64,000 nt of DNA from Prorocentrum cordatum (lineage: Eukaryota). The notes beneath the pieces were generated by a model. That model was not told where the DNA came from. It searched no databases and saw only the letters and a list, made by a program, of their open reading frames with translations. Positions within the stretch are counted from its first letter, which is position 1. The number at the start of each line of letters is the position of its first letter. Location of the stretch: the NCBI GenBank assembly GCA_963575745.1, contig CAUYUJ010000037.1:372001-436000 (forward strand), written 5' to 3'. The position numbers and the translations under genes are program-made. Shown here one piece after another: positions 1 to 15,233 of the stretch.

Positions 1-2452
1 CCCCCTGCGGGCCCCCCAAGAGACCTCGGTAAATAGTATGTCCCAGAGCTTTCCGGGAACATGATTCCTTAGGCTTCCGCCCACCGCCCCAGACATGTTT
101 CCAATAGGCTTGCCGACAAGGTCAAAAAGGGCCCCTCGATAAGCCCCCAGAGGCCCCCTTCGTAAGAGAGCCGAACCAATCATGCTCCCGGAAAGCTTCC
201 CTGGAACATGATTATCGGGTTGCCGCCCTCTCCCCAAACCATGTTCCCTAAACGCCTGCCAGGATAACAAAAAACAGGAGTCCCAAGCAGCGCTACCTGC
301 CGCCACGCTCGGAAACGCGTCAGGCCCCGAAGCCTCCGGAGGCGCCCAACGACACCCCAACAAATCATGTTCCCAGGAAGACTCACGGCCAGTGTCGCCG
401 ACGTTGAAGGAGGACGGTCCAGGACACCCAGAAATCTTCCAAACAGGCTTCCAAGAGGGCGCCGAGACAGCCCAGGGCCGCCCCCAGACGGCCCAAGAAA
501 GCCCCAACACAGACGAAAAGGGCCGCAAGAGGCCTCCAAGAGGCCCCGAAACGAGGACATATCGTTCGAACACGCCCAAGATGGCCTCCGGACGGCCCAC
601 AAGGCTTCCAACACGGCCCAAAGGGACGCCAAAATCATTGATTGTCCTTTGGTTTTTGATGGATTTCAGACACCCAATGTCGCCCCAACAGGCCCCCACG
701 ATGGCGCAGAGACGGCCCAGGGACGCCTTGCCGCGGGCACAAGGCGGGAGCCCGGGACGGGGCCTTCGCACAGGGGGGCCCGGGGGCCCTACCATGGGGC
801 CTTGTAAAGTCGCCCGAAGACGGCCCTGGATTTCCAGAAATGGCGTTTCCAGACAACGAAAACGACCAATGACCGCCCGAGATCACCCCAGAATTGGCCC
901 CTGACTGTCCAAGAGGCCTCCAAGACGCCTCAAGAGGTCTCCAAGATGGCTCCCAAGGAGCCCCAGGAGGCACAACTAATTTGTTATCCTCTCTGGTTTT
1001 TGATCGATGTTCGAAATCTCGCCGTTTGAGTTCCCTGACGCTCCACGACGGCCCAAAGGGCTTTAAATTTCTGCTCCGAGGCCTCCCCAGAGGCCTCGCA
1101 GACGGCAAGACAGCCCACGGGGGTCCCAAGACGGCGCCAGAGGCGCCCACGGCGGCCCGAGAGGGCCCCAAGAGGGCCCCAAGATGGAGCCAAGAGGGTT
1201 AGGAGGAGGAGGAGGAGGAGGAGGAGGAGGAGGAGGAGGAGGAGGAGGAGGGTTGACACAAACCGAAAATCCGAGCCTTCCACCCCGAGAGGCTCTCTGG
1301 AGGCCCCGAGAAGCCCCCAACAGGCTCTCTGGAGGCCCCAAGAGGCCCCCCAGGAGACCGAAGAGTATCCAAGAGGCCTCCCACGAAGGCCCCAAGAGGC
1401 AAACATCCATGTCTTGCTGTTGGTTTTTGATTGATCGAGTTTTCAGCCTTTTGGCGTCCTGACGCTCCAAGACGGCCCAAAAGGCCTCCAAGACCAATCC
1501 ACGATAGCCCAAGAGGCCTCCAACAGGGCCCAAGACAGCCCGAGAGGGCACTAATACGGCCCCATGGGGGGGCCCAAGAGGGGTAAGACGAACCGAAAAT
1601 CCGAGCCTTCCACCCCGAGAGGCTCTCAGGAAGCCCCAGAGGCTCCCTAATGAGACCCAAGAGGCCCTCAAGAAGCTCCCCAGAAGGCCGAAGAGGTTCC
1701 AAGAAGCATTGTCTTCCCATCGGCTTTTGATGGATTTTAGAGTTCCCAGCCTTTTGACATCCCGACGCTCCAAGACGGCCCAAGTGGCTCCCAAGACCGC
1801 TCAAAGATAGCCGAAGAGGCCTCCAAGAGGGACCCAAGACGGCCCACGAGGGCCCCAAGACGGTGCCCGAGGCGCCCAAGACGGCCCCAGAGGGCTCCAA
1901 GAGGGCACCAAGAGAGCCCCAAGAAGGGGAACGCGAACCCAACAGCAGAGCTTTCCGCCCTAAGAGGCCCACAGGAGGCCCCAAGAGTCCCCAAGTGGTC
2001 CGACGAGGCCCCCCAAAGCCCCCCACCACCAGGCCCCAAAAGGCTCACAGGAGACGTACACAAGGCCCCAGGCCCCGGGAGGCTTCCGGATTGCCCCAAT
2101 GTGGCCTCAAGCCGGGCCTCCACGCAGCCAAGACGGCCAATTGACTGCTTCAGACTGCAGGACATTACTTTCCGACTGTCCGGAGAACCCTGACGATGCC
2201 CCCAAGGGACCCCAAGAAGCCCCAAGATGCCCCCCCGAGAAGCACCCAAGATGTGCCTCCAACAGACAATTGAGGAAGCACGGAGAACGCCCTTCAGATG
2301 CACCCACGAAGACCCAAGAGGTTCCCAAGAGGCCCTGAGGAGGCACGACTATGTCACGCGCCTGTGCTTGATAGCGCTGTCCAAGATCTTCTAACGCGCC
2401 CCCGGCCTGGGCTAGAACCTGAGCGCGCGCGAAGCGCGCGCGATGACTCTAG
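1..2452 (+). mobile_element. Probable 3' portion of a non-autonomous Helitron-like element filled with degenerate tandem repeats
   Basis: Array of degenerate ~10-11 bp units (ccaagacggc/ccaagaggc) up to ~2345. It ends in the perfect hairpin gcgcgcgc-gaa-gcgcgcgc (2423-2441), 7 nt, then CTAG (2449-2452) followed by T, the canonical Helitron 3' signature. The 5' end is not visible. Confidence 0.6.
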
Positions 2453-2719
2453 TGTGTATGGATATATATATATACACAGATATAGCACCATGGGTTGAAC
2501 ATTCTCGGGAGATCATCAGCAGGTAATGTCGATGACGGTGTCAATGATGGCAGGGCGATGAGAAATACGCAAATGTACCGATCTTGGCCAGGTCCATCCT
2601 CGGCCCAGGATCGGCGCATGTGCTTCCCCGGCCAAGCCTGGGGGGCGTCCCGCACCGATCCTGAGCTCCGGGTGGGCCTGGCCAGGATCGGTATATGTGC
2701 ATGCTTATTCTGCCTCTTG

Positions 2720-3471
2720 ATGAGGGTGGTGGTGGTGATGGATGTGATGACGACGGCGACTACGCTCATGGTCAATGGCCACGATGTTTAGGATGACGAC
2801 CACGACAACGCCAACAACGACAATGACGATGCTTGCTGTGCAAGTGTTGGCAATGATGCTGATGATGACGATGCGACGGCGATAAAATGATTAAGATGGC
2901 GATAGTGTCGATGACGATGGCGATGGCAATGGCGATGGCGACAATGATGACGATGACGATGATGATGGTGATGGTCATGGTGATGCTGATGATGATGTTG
3001 ATGAGGATGATGATGAGGTTGATGATGAGGATGAGGATGATGATGCTGCTGCTGATGATGATATTGATTGTGATGACGATGATCATGATCATGATCATGG
3101 TGATGACGATGACGATGATGATGGTGATGCTGATGAGGAGGAGGATTAGGATGAGGATGATGAGGCTGATGAGGATGACGATGATGATGATGATATGAAT
3201 GATGGTGATGATGCTTATGATGATGCTGATGTTGATGCGGATGAGGATGATGATGATGATGATGATAATGAGCATGATGATGATGGTGATGATGATCATG
3301 CTGATGATGATGAAGATGATGATGATGATGGTGGGTATGATTATGCTGCTAATGGTGATGAGTAAGACTATGAGTCTGATATTGATGATGGTGGTGATGC
3401 TGACGATAATGATGCTGATGCTGCTTATGGTGTTGGAGAAGATGATGCTGATGATGATGATGATGATGATA

Positions 3472-3506
<35 letters not shown>

Positions 3507-3715
3507 AATGATGATGATGTTGACGATGCTGATCAGGGTGAGTGTGAGGATGAGTGTGCAGGTGAGGGTGGATGTATGTGTGAGGATGAGGGTGAAGATG
3601 AGGCTGATGATCCTTATGGTGATGCTGACGCTAATCGTGATACTGATGCTGATGGTGGTGATAATGATGGCGATGTTGCTGGTCATGACGGTGGCGACTA
3701 CATCATCGTCATCGC
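2720..3715. repeat. Degenerate (GAT)n microsatellite
   Basis: Continuous gat/gac/gct/ggt triplets; source of the poly-M and poly-I ORFs. Confidence 0.95.
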
Positions 3716-3729
3716 TTGTGGCCATCGGA

Positions 3730-4090
3730 GGCGGAGGATTTGGAGAAGGAGGATTCGGAGGAGATCGGAGGTAGGAGGAGGAGGAGGAGGAGGAGGAGGA
3801 GGAGGAGGAGAAGAAGAAGAATGAGGTATAAAGGAGACACGAGGATACGGAATATGCGCAATGAGGCGAAAGAGAAGGTATAATGAGGAGGCAGGAGGAA
3901 GATTCAGGAGGATGATCTATGATGAGGACGAGGAGATCTGAGGAGTTTGAAGAAATGGAGGCAGGAGGAGTTGTATGCAGGAGCAGAAGGAGACAGGTGG
4001 AGAAGAAAGGAGAGGAGAAAGAGGCTGGATTAGGAGCAGGAGAAGGAGGTAATATTAGGAACTGAGCGCGGAGGAGGAGGAGGAGGAGTG
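3730..4090. repeat. (GGA)n / purine-rich low-complexity tract
   Basis: gga runs at 3775-3812 and 4070-4088 with degenerate purine-rich sequence between. Confidence 0.85.
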
Positions 4091-5161
4091 CAACGAGGAG
4101 GGCGTACCCTCGACTCTCCGAGGCTGCAAGGCGCTGCTGGACGCCATCGCGGAGGTGCCCGGGAGCTTCCGGGCCTTCTTCTCTTCCCTGCAGGCTGGAG
4201 AGAGAAAGTGCACCTCCACCCCACCTGGCCCCCCCTCCCTCATGGGCAGTGTCTAGTTCGATCCGATCGATCTGATTCGATATCGATTCTGTCCAGCTCG
4301 ATCTGTCACCCTCCCTTTCGTCCGACCCGACTGGCGAGATGACCAGGTGGGTTGGGGGTGCTCGTTGGTTCCCCCGCCAGGGCAGGCTGGAGGACCAGGA
4401 CGCCTCCGAGTGGCTCGGCTGCGACGAGCGGAGGCAGCCCGGCTCCCAGGCGCTGGCGGCGGGCTCGAAGAGTTGGGTGGTTTAGTCTTCTAGCTTCTCG
4501 AGGCCTCCTTCGGGCTCCTGGACCATCAAAGAAGCGGCCCAGAATAAGAACCGGCAAGGACGGATAACCGTACGGGTCTGGGGGCTTGCCACCTCCACTG
4601 GAAGAGGATGATACTCGATATTGGTGCTGTCGGCAATCACCAGGCCATCTCGAAGGCCTGAGCATTGCCACCATCAGCGAGATCTGGGGCCATCTGTGTT
4701 GGGGTGGAGGCGACTGCCGACGTTGGTGTTCGTGCCAACCTCTCTGGGCCCATGACTCTCAGGCGCCCCCAGGCGGTGCGGTGACCACACCGTGTGGTGG
4801 GTCAATGGAGGGTTCGGAGTGACCGCACGGTTTTGGGCCCCGGGGTCGGTCTCCGAGGATGTCTCGGACGACCAGGGCCTCCAGGATCCCGAAACGGGGC
4901 GGCAAGGTCTCTTGTGATTTCAAAGTCCTTGCACGGTCTGTCACCGCACCGCTCTGGGGCCCCACTTTCTCACAGGAGGGCGAGTTGAGACAGCGGCAGG
5001 TGACCAGCGGGAGGCCCCCTCGCCGCCGCTGCTGGACGCAGCTCGGAGACTTTTGTACGTCTGGGCCCCGGGAGGGGTCAGTCCAGGGACCGATTTTGAG
5101 CTGCCGTTGTCTCGATTTGCCGTGCTCCGGAGCTCCCACCTCCCTCTCCACCTGTCTCCGC

Positions 5162-5357
5162 TCAGGGGCGGAAAAGAGGGGGGTGATGACAAGGGGGGGG
5201 GTGGATATCATGGCGTGGGCCATGACATTTCTCCAGATTTCATGGTGCCTCTTCTTATTCCATTACGTCCCTGGCCCGCCCGCTGGGCCGCGCACATGCC
5301 GCCGGTCATGATTTTCACCCCCCCCCTCTTGGACACCCCCCTCTTGGCCGCTCCCGA
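5162..5357. mobile_element. MITE-like element, family A, copy 1 (~196 bp)
   Basis: Ends tcaggggcggaaaagaggggggtg and cacccccctcttggccgctcccga are imperfect inverted repeats; close full-length homologue at 27632-27829. Confidence 0.8.
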
Positions 5358-6504
5358 TGCGCTGGCCTCAGGCTCCAGTCAGCTGGAGATGTCAGGCTCC
5401 TCCTGTTCATCTGAGCTGCTTCCGAGGGGGATTGGGCGCTGATGCAGGACGAGGTCACGCCGAGGAGGGCTCTCCTCCTGGCGGCCTTCCGGCTGCCGTC
5501 CTCGCAGCGCCCATTCACCACCCACAGCGTCCGCCATCCATCCATCAATTCGCTTCCATCATTCTTGCACCCCGCTCGCGCGGCACTCCTAGCATGTCTT
5601 CCAGTTCCAGTTCGCATGCTCGGCGCCACGGCGGCACCGCTCTGCTCCATGCCTGGAGGGACCGCGCTCCGGCGCGTGTGCAAGCGTCCGTCCGTCCGTC
5701 CCTTCGCCCTCCCAAGCGCGCAGTCAGCCCCTCCGCTGCAGCACCCGAGGTGGCGCCCGCAGCGGAGCCTGGAGGCCCCGCCCAGGAGCCCGACCGCGAG
5801 CCGGAGAGCGCCAACGGCGTCTCGGCGGCGGCGCCGGCGCCCGCGTGCCCGTTCGCCGCCGCGGTGGCTGCCGCGAAGGATCCGCGGCGGAAATCGAGGA
5901 AGGAGCAGATGCAGAAGCAGCAGCGTTCCCTGAGATCCTGGCGCCTCAATGTTCGGCGACTGCAGAGAGCACGGTTCTGCCGGGAAGTGGTTGGCGACCG
6001 GCACCGTTGGGGACTTGGGGGGCACGACGCTGTCCTCGTCGGGCCTCCTCGGGGCGCGGCCGAGAACTCAATCGAGGCCCCCGCCCGCCCCCCAGGGCGC
6101 CCCCCCCGAGTGCCGGTTGCAAACCACACCCTTTGCAAACCGCACGCTTGGGAGTCACCGAAGTTTGTTCGAGCCTGGCGGTTTCGCCCAGTCTCAGGCC
6201 CCGGGGCCCCTCACAGATCGTTTCGCCTCGAAACGTGGCGCAGGAAGTTGGAACCGTGATTTTTGTACGGTGTTGCAGTTTCGTCGAGAAGTCGGATCGC
6301 AGGGCTTGGAGCTGCGCGAAAGACCCGCGGCGGAAACCGAGGAAGAAACAAGTGAGCGCGGGCCGAAGTTTCGACGCGTGTGTATACATTCGGAGATCCA
6401 GTAATGTCGGCCGATGTGACCTCAGAAGGTCTTTGATATTACGACCCCCAGGAATCTCAACAGCTCTTGCCTGACAATAAACTCTGCGCATCCCCCAATT
6501 CGCC

Positions 6505-6700
6505 CTGTCCTTGTCCTTGTCCTCCTTCTCATCATCGTCGTCCTCCTCCTCCTCCCATTCCTCCACTCCCTTCTCCCCTCATCCTCTTCCTCCGCTCTGC
6601 CTCGCTCCTCCTCCTCCTCCTCTATTACCCTCTGCCTCCGCTTGCTCCTCCTCCTCCTCCTCCTCCTATTCGCTCTCTTCTACCCCCTCCTCCCCCCCAT
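6505..6700. repeat. (CCT)n-rich pyrimidine tract
   Basis: Degenerate cct repeats. Confidence 0.85.
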
Positions 6701-6871
6701 CCCAGAATTGGTTTCCCACCGCAGTTCGCCGTGGTGCATATTGTTGGGTGGTTGCGTCTCCGGGCGGACAAAATCCCCCGGGTTTCCTGCGCGAGAGAGA
6801 ATGCCCGTGCCTGATCGTACAGTGGTTGTCGTGAAAGACCGTACCCGTCCCGTCAAGCCGTTTTTTGCTGC

Positions 6872-10362
<3,491 letters not shown>

Positions 10363-10571
10363 AAAACGTAGCAGAGGTAGTTGATCTCGTTAGGGCAATG
10401 AGAACCGATCGCAGTAAGATTAAGTTGGAGATGCCGCTGTCGGCGTTCGGGGGGCAGGCGCCGATGTTGGCCACATCTGGGGCTCTGCAGGGGCCCCAGA
10501 CTCATTGTGTTGCCACATTCGCCCTTGCAAGAAGCGCCGACATCGAGCAGTTAGGCCCGCGAGCAAATGCT

Positions 10572-10701
10572 GGACATCAATGTTTGGAGCTCCGCGCAGG
10601 GCTCTTTGTTCACGCTGGGCCCCCCCTGGCGGCGCCTCCGGCGCCGCCCTGCGCCGTTGCAAGAAATCCGCCCGGCGCTCCATTAGTTTATGTCCATGCC
10701 G
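10572..10701. mobile_element. MITE-like family B, degenerate copy
   Basis: Shares the core cctggcggcgcctccggcgccgcc and tgcaagaaatccgc..tttatgtccatgccg with copies at 11168, 22518 and 54575. Confidence 0.6.
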
Positions 10702-11167
10702 TCGTTTCTCGTTCTGGGAAGGCGAGGATTCAGAGGAGATCCCCCCTCGCCGTTTGCCTCCTTTTGCTGCACGTGGCCGTTGTTGTCAGCCCGTAGCGCG
10801 GAGCACTTGATCATGCTCTCGAGCTGTGTCATGTCATGTCCGGTGGTAGTCCCATGTCTTGACCGGTGGTGATCTTCTTCCAGAGACATTCTTATCCCCT
10901 GGGGATAACGGGGGTAACCTGGTGGGGGGTGGAGGTGGCCGGTAACGTCACGATTCGCGCAGGCGTTGTGTGGAAATGCCTAGGAGAGGCTCAGGGCGCC
11001 GGCGCGAATCGTGACGTGACCAGGGGGGGATGGAAGGGGGGGTGGGGTTGCGTAGTTGGCGTCATCGCGAATATTAGAAACTTGGGCGTCATCGCGTCTC
11101 TAACGCCTGGGAGCGCGTGGGAGCGCTTGTGAGCGCCTGGGAGCGCGGGGGAGCGCACGGAAGCGCA

Positions 11168-11340
11168 AACGGCAAAAACATACATTTTCGACGGTCCGCG
11201 CGGATTGCTTGGATCGGCGTTGGACCCCCTTTTCTGGCGCGCCGAGCGCACCAGGGGCGGCGCCAGAGGCGCCGCCAGGCGGGTCCAGCGCAGTTCCACG
11301 AAATCCGCGCGGATCGTCGAAAGTTCATATTTATGCCGTT
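11168..11340. mobile_element. MITE-like family B (~173 bp, ~40 bp TIRs)
   Basis: aacggcaaaaacatacattttcgacggtccgcgcggatt and aatccgcgcggatcgtcgaaagttcatatttatgccgtt are inverted repeats. Confidence 0.8.
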
Positions 11341-11674
11341 CTTCTTCCTTGAGTTCATGGTTGTTACGACCACAAGCCAGGATCGTCTCGTTCGGTCTCC
11401 AGCCCCCCCTTCCTTCTGTGCCCTTCTGACCTCCCTCCCTGAGGCTGGAGGCGCTGCGCCGGCGATGCCGCGAGTGCTGCGGCCGGGGCCGCGCAGCGAG
11501 CTCGCGGAAGCCCTCGACGCGCTGCCGCAGCAGGGCGGGGCGGGACGCCTCAGATTCGGAAAGGTTTGACTGCGGCTTCTCTTGGACCAGGGGAAGGGAA
11601 GCAGAAGTCGCCACGAACGAAAAGTGGGCACGGAAAGAACGGATACGCAAACCGACAGCAGTCTTTGACCATTT

Positions 11675-11822
11675 TGAACAGGACTCGTTGTCGGTATCGG
11701 CGCGGGCGTTGCCCGCTCGAGGCAGAAGGCCGCCCGGCCAACAGCGGCCGCTGTCGGTTTTGGACACCACTTGTTATGGGGCATCTAACTCTCATGCTTT
11801 CCGTACGCACTTCTGGCGCCCG
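11675..11822. repeat. Dispersed repeat C, copy 1
   Basis: ggccgcc..ccaac.gcggccgctg.cggttttggaca..ac..gtt.t.gggcatc..actc.catg.tttccgtac is shared with 27866-28012. Confidence 0.7.
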
Positions 11823-12312
11823 AAAGAAACGCAACGTTGTAATTACCCAGCCGCCCAGTCGCACGTGAGCGCGTGCTACGGCTTCTTGGGCGCTAGCGGC
11901 GCTGGCTCGCCGTGAGGGAGAGGGGGGGAGATTGGGCGAAGCAGGGAGGCCGCCCAGGCGCGCCCTCGGCCAGGCGCGTTCGGGCATGGGAGGGGGGGGG
12001 GAGGGGGATGGGCCATGGCCATGTGGCAATAGCCGCGTAGCCATAGTGACATGCACCCACATGTGTTTTTTAGTAGAACAGTCTCCCGGCTGTGTCTGTG
12101 TCTGTGTGTGTGTCCGCATCGACGCAACCAGAGGGGTACGGGCAGGGGCAAGCGCCAACTGGCAATGCCGGCTGGTGCAACTAAAGGGGGAGGTTCAAAG
12201 CAGAATGGGTCGATCGCATTTTGCGTTGGCATTGACATGCTCGTGGAGTGTACACGGTCGTTTTCTTGTTTAGTAAGATGAGGGATGAGGAGGATGAGGA
12301 GGAGGACGTGCG

Positions 12313-12596
12313 CATCATCATAAGCATCACACGTGTCATCCTCATAGACACGATCATGACCATCAATACCATCAGCATCATCATCATCAGCATCATCATC
12401 ATCGTCATCATCGTCATCATGATGATGATCATCATCATCATCATCATCAAAAGCAGCATCATCATCGTCATAGTCATAGCCCACATCATCATCACCACCG
12501 CCATCATTACCATCCTCATCAGCATCATCATCACCATCATCATCATCGTCGTCGTCGTCCTCGTCGCCATCGTCATCATCATCGTCATCATCATCT

Positions 12597-12627
<31 letters not shown>

Positions 12628-12664
12628 CATCAGCATCATCATCATTAGTATCATCATCATCATC
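12313..12664. repeat. (CAT)n microsatellite
   Basis: cat/cgt/cac triplets; reverse orientation of the (GAT)n tracts. Confidence 0.95.
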
Positions 12665-14017
12665 GAGCTTCTGCGGTGGGGGCTCCAGCGTGATGATGAT
12701 GAGGGGGAAGAGAAGGAGCGAGGGGGAGGAAGCGAGGCAGTCGTCCCCTCAAGCGCACTCCGTCGTCGCTTGCTTTGGAGCCGTGCCTGTGGTTGAGGCG
12801 AGTGGCGCCCTCGTCGCGGTCGTTGCTAACCTCGGGTCAGCTTTGGGTGCCAGGCTCGAGCGTTCCAGGCACCCAGCTTGCTGCGCAGCTGAGCTTGGGC
12901 CCGCCTGTCCGAGCCGCTTCTGACTATCACACCTTAGCGCGCCCATTCGCGTACTCGAGCTTCAAGCGCAGCGAATCAGAAGCCGTGGGTTGGCTCGGCC
13001 CCGTTCGTATTGGATGTCATGGTCACGCGCTCTTCTGCTGCGCCACGCGGCGACATTCGGGAGCTGAGTACCCACCGTTTGCCCGTGCGTCGCCTGCGCG
13101 TGTCATCTACTGCTTTTGGTGTCATCATGGGGTATGCTTCTCGTGTTGGGGCAGGCGCCGCTGTCGAAACGGTAGACGAGTGGATTGAGTCACCCTATGA
13201 CATGTAGCCGAGTGTTTGTGCAGTTCCCAAGAGGTCGGCGCATGAGGTCTCACTGTTTGCGTGTGAGTGTCGTGGAAATGCGTCATATTGGAGGGTGTTG
13301 CCGTCTTGGCGCTGAACTGTGTGAAGGAGAGTGTGGGGTCGTGCGTTTCTGGGGGTAGGTTTAGATTCGTCCTTGAATTCCGTGGTTTCTCAACGTCGTC
13401 GCCCACGGCTGTTTCCTCTTTGACTAGTGGCGAGGGGCGTGGATCACAGCAGTGCCATTGGTGGTCAATGTGTATACTGCATCGGCTGTAGAGGTGGAAT
13501 GTGTAGTTGCTGCTGGTTTGGCTGCATGTCTATATATGTGCACATACAGATATTTGGTATCACCCTCTCTCTCTCTCTTTGTCTGTGTCTCTTATTTTCT
13601 TTATCCATCTAGCACGCTCTATCTATCCCGTTCAGAGTCAGGCGTGTCGTTCGAAATGCATGTGTGCTGCTAAAAGCTCTTAGCAGGCTCCACGCCTAGC
13701 ATATTGCGGAGACCATCAAGCACATGAGTCGCAATCGTCGGTGACACGCGCAGGAGAGAGGAACCAATTGGAAGGAACAATCGGTGGGTACAGGAGCGGG
13801 CAGCACATTACAGGGGTAGGGAAGGCAGCTTGGCCAAATCCAGACATGCCAGAGAGCACACCGACGACTGGGGCCAGCCACCGTTTTTGTGTTCTGCCTT
13901 CGGTTCGAACATTGTTGCTGCTCCTTCCTCGTTCGTCTGCATCAGCTTCGCCAGCTGAGATACCCATCAGTTCATCAGCAATTTGCGCACATATTGCGAG
14001 CTTATCGTGCGCAGCGT

Positions 14018-14029
14018 TGTGTGTGCGGG

Positions 14030-14066
<37 letters not shown>

Positions 14067-14092
14067 TTGTGTGTCCGTGTTTGTGTGTGTGC
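14018..14092. repeat. (GT)n microsatellite
   Basis: Direct inspection. Confidence 0.9.
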
Positions 14093-14452
14093 GGTCCCAA
14101 CGCTCGGCGGGTGTTCGTTTGTTTTTTTCCGCTCGAAGGCCAGTGGCGTCGATGCCCGCGCCGCGTCCAGAATGATGTCTTGGCCATTCGGAGTGCGCGA
14201 GTGGGTCGAGTTGGTTGGCTCTCCGGAGTGAGGCGTGCCAGCCAATTCGACACTCGCGCACGTGCCTTGGCGTTGGATGCATGGGTGCATTGTAGGCTTC
14301 ACTCTCGCCCTTCTTCCGCATCCGCTTCACTTGGACCCTTCCTCTTTCTCTCCGCATCCACCAATTTCCTTCTGGCTTCTCCAAGCCACGAAGTACAGAT
14401 GATGGAGGATGCTGGTTGGATGCACCGGAAGCGAAAGAGAGAGAGAGAGAGA

Positions 14453-15189
14453 TCGACTACACGTAAGAGTGACTCTTCGCCGGAGTGACCTTTGGTGCTG
14501 GCCCAAAGGGGGTCTGATGATTTTCCTTGTGGAATGAACTTGGTCTCGCGTCGGCACCCGCATCGTGTGATTACGCTCGCATCTGAGCGCGCCAGGTTTG
14601 GGCCCACCCCTTGCAATCGACAGCGACGCATACGGGTCGAACCCTACAGCTTGCATTGGTTACCCGAGGGGTTGCCGGTCGACCAGACGGCGCGTTTTCC
14701 GGCTCAGGTCCAGTCCCGAATCCCAGCCCAAATCCCAAAACGTGTGGCTTGAATATTTTTGAATAGATTCGAATATCTTTGAATATTTTGAATATGTTTG
14801 AATATGCTTTTCGAACCAATGGGGATCTTCACTATCATAATTCATCCTAAGATATTCAAACATATTCCGGGCTCTCGGATGGGGCCGGTTTTGGCCATCG
14901 CGCCGGGTCTGGTCAGACGTCATCGCGATGCAGCCCGGCAGTGCCAGACCTCATCGCGGTGGCCCCCGGCAGCGTCTGCTTTCGCAGGCCCTTCGAAGTG
15001 CCATTCGGGGCGCTCGAATTCAATCGGCACAATTTCGCGGTTGCCCGCTGGCGCAACAAAAATTAGAGTGACGCCCCGCCGATCTTGGATGCGGCATGGC
15101 AGCGCCGGCTTGCGCGATGGCGTTGGGCCCCCACGGGCGCCCCTGATGCCGCCCCACTCTTGCCTAGGGTCACTCCTACGTGTAGTCGA
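14453..15189. mobile_element. Non-autonomous TIR element (~737 bp) inserted in a (GA)n tract
   Basis: tcgactacacgtaagagtgac (14453-14473) vs gtcactcctacgtgtagtcga (15169-15189): 20/21 inverted match; (GA)n on both flanks. Confidence 0.8.
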
Positions 15190-15190
15190 A

Positions 15191-15233
<43 letters not shown>

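Noticed and set aside
180..2346. Dense overlapping ORFs on both strands
   Set aside because: They arise from the stop-poor ccaaga/ggccc repeat array.
2772..3774. Poly-M/I/D ORFs (also at 12.2-12.8, 40.2-41.1 and 50.6-51.9 kb)
   Set aside because: They are translations of (GAT)n tracts.
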